The notes below the pieces were generated by a model. The model was not told the origin of the DNA. It searched no databases and saw nothing but the letters and a program-made list of their open reading frames with translations. The position numbers and the translations under genes are program-made. A stretch of 47,910 bases of DNA from Thainema sp. (lineage in GTDB: Bacteria > Cyanobacteriota > Cyanobacteriia > Phormidesmidales > Phormidesmidaceae). This document shows, in pieces, positions 47,712-47,910 of this stretch (positions within the stretch are counted from its first letter, which is position 1; each line of letters begins with the position of its first letter). The DNA is taken from positions 1 through 47,910 of the forward strand of contig JBQLZK010000060.1 of NCBI GenBank assembly GCA_052168235.1. The letters run 5' to 3'.

Positions 47712-47876
47712 ATGTCAGAATCCTCACAAGAAACCCTGAATCTCTTTTTTCCACAATGGCAGGGTTCAGCAAGATTTGAACTTTATGAAGGTGCTAAGCT
47801 TCTTTGTGAATCTCTGTGCAATAAAATTTCTTTTACGCAGATTCCGACCTCTCTAACGGCTCTTCTGACATTATAG
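47712..47876 (+). pseudogene. N-terminal fragment of an arginase-family-like protein, truncated
   Basis: MSESSQETLNLFFPQWQGSARFELYEGAKLL... matches the PQWQG start seen in a group of arginase-family proteins. It stops just after the IS-like end begins. Confidence 0.55.
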
Positions 47877-47910
47877 TGATAAGTTTATCTAATCAGGAAA
47901 GCAAGCTAAT
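47858..47910 (+). mobile_element. Probable ISL3-family element end running off the right edge
   Basis: GGCTCTTCTGACATT...; ISL3-family inverted repeats typically start GGCTCT/GGTTCT. It coincides with the ORF truncation. Confidence 0.55.

Noticed and set aside
1..47910. CRISPR array, tRNA or rRNA genes
   Set aside because: I saw no regularly spaced repeats with unique spacers, no cloverleaf with a T-loop motif and no rRNA-like sequence.

Overview
Cyanobacterial chromosomal DNA: the HIP1 octamer GCGATCGC occurs more than 50 times by my manual count, often as TGCGATCGCA, and the gene content includes fibrillin, DUF3134, DUF3110 and sigC-furA. It is mostly housekeeping genes (rph, dcd, proA, mraY, sigC, furA, murQ, tamB-like, rimP, nusA). 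Accessory genes are interspersed: a RelE/ParE-type TA pair, an orphan 2Fe-2S/Mo-cofactor oxidoreductase, a vanadium haloperoxidase, a DUF433 / cryptic ORF / Zn-ribbon-HsdR_N nuclease islet, an SLH protein ending in 43 consecutive Asp, and an amino-acid-permease/histidine-kinase fusion followed by a kinase-like gene. Both window ends are genes (PepSY-TM, arginase-like) cut by IS-end-like sequence, so the window probably is a repeat-bounded contig. Intergenic DNA holds several long near-perfect palindromic MITE-like elements. One has a 5-bp target duplication and one interrupts an unannotated 89-aa ORF. There are also candidate Yfr1, NtcA, NrdR, Rre1, Fur and rimP-leader sites. I found no rRNA, tRNA or CRISPR array. 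All family assignments come from motif recognition by eye; no database search was run.
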